Virus record (IMG/VR): IMGVR_UViG_2706794523_000001
Location: 1-64,000 of that record
Strand: one strand, 5' to 3'
From: an uncultured virus (IMG/VR IMGVR_UViG_2706794523_000001)
Taxonomy: Duplodnaviria > Heunggongvirae > Uroviricota > Caudoviricetes > Schitoviridae
Length of the DNA stretch: 64,000 bases
Shown here: positions 19,600-31,200 of the stretch, piece by piece
Layout: each line of letters opens with the position of its first letter
How positions within the stretch are numbered: the stretch's first letter is position 1
Position numbers and translations under genes: made by a program
Notes under the pieces: model-generated
Databases searched by the model: none
The model's input: the letters and a program-made list of their open reading frames with translations, nothing else
Told to the model about the DNA's origin: nothing

Positions 19600-19619
19600 G
19601 AGCGTCGTAGGAGACCGCG

Positions 19620-20177
19620 ATGCTCATCCCCGTCCTCGGCATGGACCCATCCCTCACCAATTGGGGCCTTGCCGAGGCCAACCTCTGCTTGAAGTCGGGC
19701 GTGCTTTCGACCCCGCATCTCATTCTGGTTCAGCCCGATGAGCTGCAGGGCAAGCAGGTGCGCGTGAATTCAAACGACTTGCACCGCTCTGAGCAGCTTG
19801 CTCAGGCGGTGTTCGCCGCCGCACGTCGAGCGAAGGTCATCTTCGTCGAGGTGCCGGTTGGTTCCCAATCCGCCAGGGCGATGGCCAGCTACGGCATCTG
19901 TGTCGGGATCCTGGGAGCCTTGCGCTCCGAAGGAATGCAGATTATCGAGGTCACGGCCGGGGAAACAAAGAAAATATTTACTGGGGACAGGAATGCCCCC
20001 AAGCGGAAAATGATAGATAAGGCTGCCGAGCTTTATCCGGAATCTAATTTCCCGCCTTTGCATAAGGGGAAACTTCCGGATAAAACCGAACACCTGGCCG
20101 ACGCCATTGCTACCATCCACTCGGGCGTGCGAACGCCCATGTTCCAGAATTTACTCCGACTCTTCCAAGAGGTTTAA
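19620..20177 (+). CDS. RuvC-like Holliday junction resolvase (N4 gp46-like)
   Basis: LGMDPSLTNWG, FVEVP, EHLADAIA. Confidence 0.88.
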   Translation: MLIPVLGMDPSLTNWGLAEANLCLKSGVLSTPHLILVQPDELQGKQVRVNSNDLHRSEQLAQAVFAAARRAKVIFVEVPVGSQSARAMASYGICVGILGALRSEGMQIIEVTAGETKKIFTGDRNAPKRKMIDKAAELYPESNFPPLHKGKLPDKTEHLADAIATIHSGVRTPMFQNLLRLFQEV

Positions 20178-20180
20178 ACC

Positions 20181-20747
20181 ATGCAGATAATCGTGACCCA
20201 CAATGAGATCGAGGAGGCCGTCAAGCAGACGGTGCTCGCCCAGATCTCTCTCAGGGAGGATCAGAACGTTGCCATTCGGTTCGAGCAGACCGAGAGCGAC
20301 GACTTGATCGCCATCATCGACATCACCAAGGCTGGCAGCGAGCCGCCGAAGGGCGGTCTGAAGACCGACGCCCCGAAGACCATCGCACCCCGCGGCAAGA
20401 AGGCTGCAGCCGCTGCTGCAACCGTGAAGGCCGACATCAAGGACGACGAGATCGCGGCCAAGGAAGAGGCCGAAGCCAAGTCCGATGGCGCTCAGGCGCC
20501 TTGGGAAGAGCCGGCAGCGACCGAGGCCGCTGAGACCACGGAACAGGCCCAGCCCGCTGCTGAACCTGCTGCCGAGGCTCCTGTGACCCAGCCGACCGAG
20601 ACCAAGCCGCTGGCGGCCCTTCTCGCGAACACGACCAAGATCTTCCCCGATGCCACTTCGTCGGCAGCTCCGGAAACCCCGAAGCCCGATGTCACGGCCG
20701 CCGCGGCGAAGTCCCTGTTCGCGAACCTGACCAAGCCGACCCAGTAA
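20181..20747 (+). CDS. conserved N4-like protein with an Ala/Glu/Pro-rich tail
   Basis: MQIIVTHNEIEEAV start, C-terminal KSLF; synteny. Confidence 0.8.
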   Translation: MQIIVTHNEIEEAVKQTVLAQISLREDQNVAIRFEQTESDDLIAIIDITKAGSEPPKGGLKTDAPKTIAPRGKKAAAAAATVKADIKDDEIAAKEEAEAKSDGAQAPWEEPAATEAAETTEQAQPAAEPAAEAPVTQPTETKPLAALLANTTKIFPDATSSAAPETPKPDVTAAAAKSLFANLTKPTQ

Positions 20748-20750
20748 TCC

Positions 20751-20921
20751 ATGGCGCTCTTCAAAGCGCTGCTCCTGGCGGCGCTTGTCACCTTGGGGAT
20801 TATCTTTATTATCTTCTGGATAATCCCCATAATGACTTTCGCGATTATCTTCGTCGTGGTAGCAGCAGTCGCATACGTGATCTTCAAGGAAGATCGAGCA
20901 AGCAATCGGCCCCCATCTTAG
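20751..20921 (+). CDS. small membrane protein (56 aa)
   Basis: Read by hand: MALFKALLLAALVTLGIIFIIFWIIPIMTFAIIFVVVAAVAYVIFKEDRASNRPPS. Confidence 0.7.
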   Translation: MALFKALLLAALVTLGIIFIIFWIIPIMTFAIIFVVVAAVAYVIFKEDRASNRPPS

Positions 20922-21073
20922 GGGATCTACGAGGTCCAATAGAACCCAGCACGAGACACAAGGGCGTTCTACACGTCGGCTATCTCAACCTGGGTGTGCG
21001 GACGGCGCTAAAGGCAAGCATCTGGCCCAGCCTGGTTGAAAGACCAGGCACCCATTAATTCAGAGGAACCAGG

Positions 21074-21358
21074 ATGAACCTGTATCATTGGGCGCTCGCT
21101 GAGTGCCTGAAAGAATATTCGTGCGGCGACATCATCGTCATGGCCGAGACACTCGACCAGGCCAAGGAAAAGGCCCAGGCGCAGATGGATCCCTACCTCA
21201 GGGAGAGCCGCTCCTGGTGGTGGACCTACGATAGCGACAAGGTCGACGAGTGGTCGCAGGACGACTACGACAATTTCAAGCGGCAGTTCGAAAGCGACCT
21301 GGCCAAAGAGCCGGACGTGATCGGGAACGGGGTCATCTTCATCAGAGGTTCGGAATGA
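21074..21358 (+). CDS. hypothetical acidic protein
   Basis: 94 aa, GAGG RBS. Confidence 0.75.
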   Translation: MNLYHWALAECLKEYSCGDIIVMAETLDQAKEKAQAQMDPYLRESRSWWWTYDSDKVDEWSQDDYDNFKRQFESDLAKEPDVIGNGVIFIRGSE

Positions 21359-21570
21359 AAAAGGTCAGCCAATCGTCAGTTCGATTTCGCGCAGAAGATG
21401 GTGACGAGCTCGTTGTCGCCTACACCAATCGGGGCGAACCCTATCGCGAGGGCATCCAGATGAGCCTTGAGGTCTCCGGCGGTGACTATGGTGGTCACCT
21501 GTTCCTTGAAGATTATGAGGCAAAGCAGCTTCGCGACCTCCTCAACCGCATCTATCCGGTGAGCCCGTGA
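21355..21570 (+). CDS. hypothetical protein
   Basis: MKKVSQSS..., ATGA overlap with the upstream gene. Confidence 0.7.
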   Translation: MKKVSQSSVRFRAEDGDELVVAYTNRGEPYREGIQMSLEVSGGDYGGHLFLEDYEAKQLRDLLNRIYPVSP

Positions 21571-21818
21571 GTGCTCATGCCTGGCGCGTGGGCGCCATGA
21601 AAGACGCCAAGGTAAAGGTGGCTGTCATCTGCCAGCCCCTCAATTACGTCATCTTCGACAACGGCTTGCAGCTGCCGATCCAGCGTTGGCTCAATGCCGA
21701 TCGGCTGGAATGCCATCCCGGCGAGGAGCCCCGTTTCTACGAATTCGGGAACGACGAGAACGGGTACGGCGTTGGGAACTATGACGCCTACGACATGCAA
21801 TCCTGGAGCGATCATTGA
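21567..21818 (+). CDS. hypothetical protein, possible paralogue of 57919..58167
   Basis: GTGA overlap; FDNGLQLP motif. Confidence 0.65.
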   Translation: MSAHAWRVGAMKDAKVKVAVICQPLNYVIFDNGLQLPIQRWLNADRLECHPGEEPRFYEFGNDENGYGVGNYDAYDMQSWSDH

Positions 21819-22046
21819 CGGTGAAATCAGACCGCCTAATTTGCGGTCTCCAAAGCTGAGGGGCTGATGCCGGACCCAACCTCGAAAGGGTCAACGTCCG
21901 GAGCATTCATCGGCCAGCCGGCAGGGGGAAGGCACCCTGCCGGCACCTCTCGAAAGAGCGACTCCAACCGACCTGGGGCAAGCGCTTAAAGATGGTAGCA
22001 GGTCGGGCCGAACAGCGGGCGATATCCAGCGAAGCGAGGTCAGCCT

Positions 22047-22235
22047 GTGGATAGCCCTCACGAAAAAACTCTACAGCGAATTGAGATGGCTGACGGCCGC
22101 GTCTACGTGTCGTCCGACAACTGGCTCACGATCTACCTGCTCAAGCCTGACGGCAAACGCCGCAAGGTCACTGGACACCAGGCCGATATCATCCGCCTGG
22201 TGCATGTGATGGGTGGCTCTACCTGGTCAAGTTGA
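22047..22235 (+). CDS. small hypothetical protein
   Basis: 62 aa after GAGGT; converges on the vRNAP stop. Confidence 0.55.
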   Translation: MDSPHEKTLQRIEMADGRVYVSSDNWLTIYLLKPDGKRRKVTGHQADIIRLVHVMGGSTWSS

Positions 22236-25200
22236 TCCAGGGGTTCAGGCCGAAGGCGTGGAGCCCCATGTTCGGCCCGATCGAGTAGCCCAGCTTCCCG
22301 TCATTGAAAATCGCCAGCACGTTGTCGGCGACCGGGGTGCCAATGTCCCCGATCAGCGGGAACGACGGCACGGCGGTCATCAGCAGCGAGCGCAGCGGGT
22401 TGTGGCGCAGCATGTAGGCAGCTTCCTTCATGATGCGGAGCTTGTAGTTGTAGAACCACAAGAGACCCACGCTCTCCAGGTATTGCCGGCCGCGGCCAGC
22501 GAGCTTGTTGTAGTTGATGAACGCCTCGCTCACCTGGGCGATGGCTTCATGCTTGGCGACCTTCTTGCGACCGCGCAGATGGTCGTACATGATCGCCTTG
22601 CCGACGAAGTCGCCATACTGCACCGACCGAGCCAGGCCCTGGAACAGAGCCGTGTCGCGGGTCACCAGGGCATAACGAGCCGGGGTCCGGAGACCATCCG
22701 GCAGGCTGTTGACCTTGCGCTCGACGAAGCTCTGCCACTTGCCATCGGCAATGGCGAGATCCTCGGCAGTCACCTGGCCATTCGAGATCGCCGAGAACTC
22801 GCCTTCCTCGATCAGCGGCCAGATGGACATGCGACGATAGCTGTCCTGCAGCGAGCGGATCTCGGTCTCGAGTTTTCTGATCGCGACCAGGTTGTTGTTG
22901 CCCTTGGCGGCGCGGAGCTCAGCTTCAGCCGCGATCTCGCGCCCGCGGCGCTTGATGTAGGCGTTGATCTCTGCCGTCTTGGCCGGCACACCCTTGAGCA
23001 CGTCCCGCAGCGGAACCCCGTGGTTCAGCAGCTGGAACATGTTCGAGATCATGTTGGCCGCCGGCACGATGACCGACTTGACCACGATCAGGGTCTTGGC
23101 GTTGGAAACGACCGACTGGATATTCTTCTCGGCGCCGACCAGGATCGAGTAGGCATTGCTGCCCAGCATGCCGGCGGCGAGCTTCTCGAATTCGCCGGCA
23201 ACCTTCGGGTTCCAGCGGGTATGGCCGCTGAACAGATCACCGACCGACGCCTGGCGGGCGCCGAACGTGTCGAGTAGCATGTCACGACGGACCCAGAACT
23301 GGTCCGGCCCGAACGTCTGCTTGATGTAGTCGCGGCTCTGCTTCGGGATCAGGCGCACAGCCTCGATCAGGATGCGGTCATCGGACTGCGGATCGAGCTT
23401 GGCGATGTTCACGAACTCATTGCGGCGCCCGTTGCGCTTGCCTTCTTCCCACATGCTCTTGAGCGTATCGACGAGTTCCTCGTTGACCTGCTTGGCAAGC
23501 AGCTCTTCCACCTGGCGCCCACGCCACACACCAATCATCTGCGACAGGTCCGTGCTGCGGTTCAGGCCGGTCAGCTTGGCCGGATCAGCGGCCCGCTCGA
23601 ATGCGAAGATCTTGCCGGCATTGTCATAGACCGGCAGGAGGTTTTCGCTCGTGGCAGACTGGTTCGCCAGCTGCCGCTCGATTAGACGAACGACCTGCGC
23701 ATCGTCAATGCGGCCGGCGAGGATCTCGCCAGTCGTATATCCGGTCTCGGGATCGACCCCGCTCGCTGTCTGGTGAACGGTTTGGAGTACGCCCTGGGTG
23801 AACGGGGCACGTCCCGAGACCGGAGCGAAATAATAGGACCGGCGGCCGAGCACACGATCGGCAGACGAACCATTGTAGGCCGACAGGCGCTTGTAGCCGC
23901 GGCCGGTCAGGTGAGCGTGCTCGCTGTCGGAAGCGATGATCAGGGAACCACCCTGCTGCGCCTCGGACGGGATATGGCCCTTGTAGTGGTTGAACAGCGC
24001 AGCCGTGGTCGAGCGTGCCTTGGCGAGCTCATCCGTGCGCTGGCCGACCAGGTAGTTGGTGACGAACTCGACACCATTCTTCTGGTTCCGGATCAGATCG
24101 ACTACCGCGTCACGAGAATTGCGATCGGTCTGCTCGATGGCGTACAAGCTGACCAGGCGATCAATGTCGTCAACCATCGACTGCGCCGGCGTCAAATTCC
24201 GCACACCATCAACCGAGAAGGCGGCGATCGCATGAGCATTCCGGAGAAGCTTGACCCCATGCTCGCCCGTAATCATGAAGTGGGCGAGTTGCTTGGCCTT
24301 CTCCTGGAACCGGCGATCGTAAGCATTTTCCAGGGTCTGGATCTCAGCCTGTCGACGGGCTTCGCTGCTTACAAGATCGAGAGCACCGGTGACCCCGAAG
24401 CGCCCATACAGGCTCGCCAGATCAGTCTTGCCGAGTACCTTGTAGAGTGCGGTCCACTGATGACTGGTGACATGACCGACGAAAGCGCTTGCTAGCTTCT
24501 CCGGGAGCAGGTCACGGAACTGCTGACGGGTCTGCTGCACCTCGGCGCGAACCTTCGAGATCATGTCCCAGATGGGAGCATTGTCCTTGGTGCGGCCGAT
24601 GACATCAGCAGCCAGCTCCTTGAGTGGATTGAGGCCTTCCCGGCGATTGAGCCAGGAGACGACACCCATAGCCGCGTCATTGGCGCGGGACTCGTTGATC
24701 ATCGTCGCTGCCAGGTTGGCCAGGCGAGCACCGGTACGAACGACCTTGCTGTTGCTGGTCTGCACGACCTGGCGGCTTTTCACAGCCACCTTCTCGCTCA
24801 GGTTCTGCGCCGCCGTGGCGACATAGTCGTTGAGCCGGTCGAGACCGCTCTCGCTGGTCCGCTCGATCGCCGTGCGCTGGTCGCCGACATTCTCGATCAT
24901 CGAGAGCATCAGGCTGTCGAGGGCGTCACGCACATTGGTGTCGTTGCGCTTCTCGCCCGACAGAGCCAGGGAAAGCCTGTCCATGCCGGCGTTGCCCAGA
25001 TTGTCGATCACCGCATCGAGCGTCTTGGCGCTATCCTTGATCGCCTCCGGCTTCTTCATGTTGACCAGGACCTTGCGGAACTCTTCGCTGGTCATGGCGA
25101 GCGAGATGAACGAGCTCATCAGCGAGGAGCGGCCGTGCTTGTCCGTCTTGAGGACGAACAGGCCGTTCAGCGCATCGAACTTCTGCTGCGCCTGGTAGGC

Positions 25201-28200
25201 GTCAGCCGTGTCCTGCGGATCCTCGTTCTGACGGAAATCCGAGACTTTCAGGTTCTTGATGACGTGCGTGTAGATCTCCTCCATGCGCGAGAGCGCATTC
25301 GGGTTGAGCTCTACTTCCGTGGCCAGGGTTGCCTGGATCATCGTGAAGGTAGTCCATGCCTGCATGTTCCCCAGGTCGGGGAAGTAGGCGGCGAACGACG
25401 TGGCGACATCGAGACCCGACTGCTTTGCCTCGTCGACTTCACGCGAGCGAACCAGGCGCTGGTGATGACCGGCGAGATCCTGCCCGCCCTCTTTCATCCA
25501 GGCCACAACCTTCTGGTTCAGCCGCTGGCGGATTGCCCGCAGCCGATCGTTGGAACCGAAGTAAGCCGACTGGTAGAGCGCCGTCGTGGCGAAGTCCTTC
25601 TTGAGGATCTCGACCCTGCCCGGCGTAGCCATCAGAACTCGGGTGTTGAAGCGCAGGTTCGAGAGAATACTGTCCCCCACACGAGGACCCTTGTTCTCCC
25701 CGCCCCAGAGCAACGTCTTCAAAGCCCGCAGGGTATCGCCGATGACCCGAAAGAAGGGGTTCTTGACCTTGGTCTTCTGCGCGAAGTCAGCCAGGTGCTG
25801 GTTGCCCAGGACCCAGGCCATGAACTCATTGAGCGCCTCGGCATCGCGGCCATTGCGCTGATGCTTGCGGATGGCCCTTTCGGCCAGCTCACGGGCCATA
25901 TACCCCGGCGAGTTCTCGCCGAAGTAGTCGAGCCGCATCCACTCGTCCATGAGACCCTCAAGGCGAGTGATTGCATCGCGCTCTTCTTTCGTGAGGAGCG
26001 TCGGGTCCGAATAGTAGGCGTTGACCTTGTCGAAGGTAGCGGCATGAACCAGCTCGTGAACGATGGTTTCGGCAGACACGTTCTTGATCACGATTATCTT
26101 GGAAATCGGATCGATTTTCCCATAATAATCCTTCTCGTCCGGGGAGTATCGATCTGCATTGTAGACGGCTTCCCAGGCTTTCACCGCAGCGCCGTCACCC
26201 AGCACCATGCGGTAATCCGATTTTTCCAGGAGCTTGACGGCAGCCCGCATCATTTCCCGCTGGGTCGGGCTCAGCTTGGCATAGATCGACGCGAACAGCG
26301 GCTTCAGGTCATGCCCGTAAAGCAGGCGAGCGCCTGTCTCTGTAGCCGCCCCGATTTCTGCAACAGCCTGGGTAATCTCAACGTCCCCCTGCTCAATGGC
26401 GGTCTCAGCATTCTGGTTAGCCTGGGACTCGTTGAGCAGCTCTTCGTAGCGGGCGTTCATCGCCTTTTCAATGGTGTCGAGATCCGCTTCCGGATCCAGT
26501 TGGATTTTGCCCTCGTTCGTGAACGGGCTTTCTGCGCTGGCCATCTGATCGACCGAAAGATCAAATTCTGAATAGACCTGGCGGCGGGCATCGGTCTGAT
26601 CAGCCGCATCGTTCAGCTGACCCAGGATCTCCCCCATATATTCCTTGGCCTGTTCCGGCGTGAGCAGCTCTTCCGGCTTGAGGTCGAACTTGCCGGCCTT
26701 GGCCTGCGAGATTTCCTTGAGCGCCTGGTTCTGGGCCTCGTTCAACGCACCGCCGGGGAAGAGCGCTTCCACAGGAGCGTTGCGCAGGAACTCGGCAAAG
26801 CTTTCTTCCACCGCACGCACCGGATTGGTGTTGCCGGTCCAGGTCTTGAAGACGGCTTCGTTGACGCCGCGGGAATAGTCCTCGATCGCATCGGCCGGCA
26901 TGTTGAGACCGTCGAAGACGTGCAGCACACGGGCTGCCGCTTCCGGGTTCTGAGCCAGGAAGTTGAGCATCATCTGGCCATCACCCGAACCAACGGTGAG
27001 CGTGGGGATAGCGCTGACGCCAGCAAGCGTCGGTCCATAAACATAGGCCGGCGACGACAGATCGCTGGTGAGCGACCGGGCGAAGCTGTCCGGCATCTGG
27101 ATCTCAATCTTCTCATCGCCGACCTGGATCGTGGTCTTGTCGAACAGATCCGACTTCTCGCCACCGGACAGGAAGTAGCCCTGGCTCTTGGTGTCGATTA
27201 CCGGAGCATATACCCGGAGATTTTTAAGAATATCATCCAGCTCTGCCTGGGAGAGGAACTCGCCCTTGTTGTAGTCATACTTCGCCGGATCGCTCTTCAT
27301 CAGAGCCAGGCGAGCAGTGATCTCCTGGATGAACATGCCCTTGAGCATGATCGACTGCAGTTGGGTAGCCTGTTGGATCGCACCGGTTGTCGTGTCGACA
27401 TGGCGAGTGACCTTGTCGGCGATTGCATCCCGCAGCTGGCTCACCAGGAGCATCTTCACGTTGTTCTGGAGAGCCTTGTACTGCTGGCTGCTGAGCGCGA
27501 AATCCTTGGCGGTGCCCGAGATCTGCTTGGTCTCGCCGGCGACGAAGTAGCCCTTCTCGCGGCTCTTGCGCACCTGCCTGGACGTGAGCTCGGCCAGATC
27601 CGACATGAAGCTGGCCGCCTTGCCTTCGCCATAGATCAGGTCGCCAACCGGCACCTGGTCAGCCATCGACTGGGAGAGCTTCTCGTAGATCGTGCCGACC
27701 AGCTCGTCGGTGATCTTGCCGGCAATGCCGTTCTCGCCCGAGCCATAGATGGTGATCGTCAGCGGGTTCTTGGTCAGGCCGCGCTTGATCGTGATCTGGT
27801 TGTTCTCGTCGATCGTCACATTGGTGTCGAGCGCCGCCAGGAACTGCTTGAACGACTGGAACAGCGCATGAGCTTCCGGCGCCTCGATCAGCGTTGCGTC
27901 GAGATCGACCAGGTTCAACTCGGTCTGGGTCGAGCTATCCTCGTAGAGGTCGACCTTGTCTTCATGGCTGTTGAGGGTCTTGCCCTTGCGGCCGAAGAAA
28001 ACGCCGCCCTTGCCAACCTGCTTCAGCCAGTCGGACGTGATGCGTCCGGTGGCCCACAGCATGAGCGCATTGATCGGCCCGTTGGTCTTGCCGTCGGCTT
28101 CCAGATAGTTGGCCGTCTCGAAGGCCGACACATCCTGGCCACGGTCCTTGGCGTTTTCGTAGCGGGCGATTGCCAGCAACGAATGGATGCCGTGCATCGA

Positions 28201-31200
28201 AAGACCGGCTTTCTGCAGAAGGTCGACCGTCGACGACGGCATCGATCCGCGCTTGTCGAGCCAGGTCTTCAACTCCTGAACCAGGGGACGAAGCTCACCG
28301 CCGGTGGTCAGCGTCGAGGCGACAACCTTGTTGGCGATCGCCTGGCGGGTTTCCTTCTCGGTCTTGAGACCGATGCCCTGGCCGACAGTTGCCAGGAACT
28401 TGAGGAAATCGGCCCGGTCGTTCAAGTTCAGCTTGGTTCCGGTCGCCATGAAGATCTCACGGGCCAGCTTGTCGGCCTGCGGGTTCGACAGGCCTGCCAT
28501 CTGCAGGCGGCCCAGCTTGTTGAGATGGTGCTTGTAGAAGGTCGGGGCATTCTCGCCGACACGCTTCACCGCGGCCATCTGCTTGGTCACATTGCGGAAC
28601 GAGTTGGAGAGCTGCCGCTGCAGCCCCTTGACCGACTCCCAATGCGCCTTGTTGAGGCCCATCTCGTCATGCGTCTTGTCGAGGTCACCGTCCTTGAAGG
28701 TGCGGCCGCTCAGCAGCGAGACGAACGTCTCCTCGCCCAGCGCCTGGACGAAATCGAACACGGAATGGTTGGGCAGATACGGCGTCTTCTGGACATTCTC
28801 CAGCGCCTGCTTCTGCTGCGCCGTGGTCTTGACGCTCGGATTGCGCAGCTGGCTGCCGTCGACGTCGGTCACCGGCTGGCCGATCGAATAGCTTTCGACC
28901 TGCTTGTCCTTGAGGGCCATGTCCGAAAGCAGCTCGTGCGCCCCGTCGAGGCTGCGAACCAGCTTGTTCACATCCTTCGGGCGGGTGTCGAACCAGACAC
29001 GGCCAAACGTCTTTTCGGTCAGCCCGGGGAACTTCTCCATGCCCAGCTCGATCAGGCCGGCAGAGTGCAGGCCGTGCAGCAACTCGGCCGCCACAGCTTC
29101 GGGAATGCCGCGGGTGAAATCCTCCTTGGCATCCCGGTTGGCTTCGACGCCCCAGAACTTCTTGATCTGCTCGGCCAGCGACCGCTTGGCGATATCGAGC
29201 GAGGTGCCGCGGTTGAAGCGGGTGACCAGGTCAGCCGTGACATCGGCATCGTCGATGCCCATCAGATCGGCGACATCAGCCACCGTCAGCGGCGCCGAGC
29301 GGTCAGCCAGGTTGAGCGCCCAGTCGAGCGAGGCAATGACCGCCGACTGGATCAGCTGCGGGTCATAGTCCTTGCCGCCCTTGTCGAGCAGGTTGAGAAC
29401 GCGCAGATCCCGGTAGCGGGTGACTTCCTCACCGGCTTCGATCTTGGCCAGGAGATTGTCCTTGGCCATCTTGGCATCGAGACGCTCGTACATGTGGTTG
29501 AGCGCCGTGTTGCCCAATACCATGAGGCGCTGGAAAGCACTGCGATCGTCGGCCGTGATCTTGTCGAGGTTGGCGCCGTCCATGAATTCCGACATCGAGC
29601 GGGGATTGCCCAGCATCCTGTAGAATTCGCGCATCGGCTGGGTCAGCTGAAGCATCCGGGACGTGATCGTCTTCGGCAGGCGGAATGCCTCGTGGAACCG
29701 GTTGCGGCCGTTCGGCTGAACCAGGTTCGGGAACACCTCGGACATCTGCAGTTCCGGGCCATCGTCTTTCGTGGCTTCGACGAGATCAACGATCCGGCGA
29801 TCGGACTGCCGGGTCTCCTCGGACACAGTGGTCTCGGCCGCCGTTTCGACCGGAGCAACTTCCGGCTCGACAGCTGGTTCAACGTCAGCGCTTTTTTCGG
29901 GTTGGGCAACAGGCTCGGCCTCAACAGTTTCCGCGACCGGCTCCTCGATAACAGGGGCAGGTTCGCTTGACGTCTTCTCGACCTTACCGGTAGATTCCGC
30001 CGTGCCAGTCCCATCCGCAGGGGCAGCCGTCACGGTTTCCCTGGTGGGTTGAGCTGGCGGAAGGGGAAGCTCCACCTTCGCTTTGTCAGTCGTCTCTAGT
30101 GTGGTAGCCGGAGACGCGGTCACAGCAGCGGGTGTTGAGCTTCCCCTATTTACATCTTTAACCGCCGGATTTTGCTTATTAATCCGATCCAGCTTGAGGG
30201 CAGGAACTTGGACATCAGGGATACCGAACTCCGGATACTGCCTGGCGAAGTCGTTGGCCAGTTCAGCTGTCGCTGTGGCTTCAGCGTGGACCTTGCGAGC
30301 GAACCGCTCGGATCCGTCATTACCCACACGCACGCCGACCTTGTGATAACCGTCAGCCGGAAGGAACTGGTTGTCGGGGCCGAGAGCGCGGTAGGGAACG
30401 CTCTGCCCATCGCCGTTGGCGATTGACGTATTCAGCGCTTCCACCTTGTTGCGCATCGAGCGGGCGAACATCGCCAGCCGCTGGGTCTTGCTCCTGGCGG
30501 TCACCATGTCGCCCTGGGCGACAGCCTGGTTGATGCCGGCGACGTGATCCCGCAGCGAGGTCTGGTGAGCCTTGGTTCCACCTTCCGTCTCGATCTGCCG
30601 GCTGACGAAGTCCATCAGGTTGTCACGATCGGCCGTGGTGTCGAGCTCGGCCTTGAGATCCTGCACATCGGCATCGAGCATGCCTGGCTCAGGCGCCCGG
30701 TTGCGAGCCTCGTAGAGACGTGCCGAGTTCAGGAGGGACATTGCCCCTCGAATGACCCGGCGCTGCTCTGGAGGAAGCTCCAGCGTGCCTTCGTCGGCCT
30801 GCAGGAGGACTTGCTGGGCAACCTCGGGGTTGACCGCCTGCGGAGCGACCTGGGCGACATTCACCAGGTTCTTGACGATCTGCTGCCCCTCGGGGGCATT
30901 GAGATCCACGCCCGTGAGATCCTGCTCGGGCATCTGCATCTTTTCTCGAGCCCACTGGATCGCCTGCTTGATCTGCGGTGTCTCGGCGATGTCCTGGAGC
31001 GTGCCGGCATACTGCTGGAACTTCTGGAACTCCTCGCGATCGTGAGCGACGTTGTCCATGAAGGAGGGGAAATCCTCCGTGAACAGCTTCTTGTTGCCCT
31101 CGGTGGTCTTGAGGATGAAAGCGGCGGCAGCCGTGCGATCTTCCTGCGGGGCCTGTTCGTCATTGGCCACGGCAGCCATTGAACCAAGAGCCTGGAACAC

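Noticed and set aside
21861..21960. Hammerhead ribozyme (CTGATG...GAAA)
   Set aside because: Core reads CUGAUGC, not CUGANGA, and the stems do not fit the topology
26920..29970. 1016-aa plus-strand ORF and other long antisense ORFs (e.g. 33591..35456, 43543..45591, 50101..52221)
   Set aside because: Shadow frames of GC-rich genes on the opposite strand; no motifs or RBS
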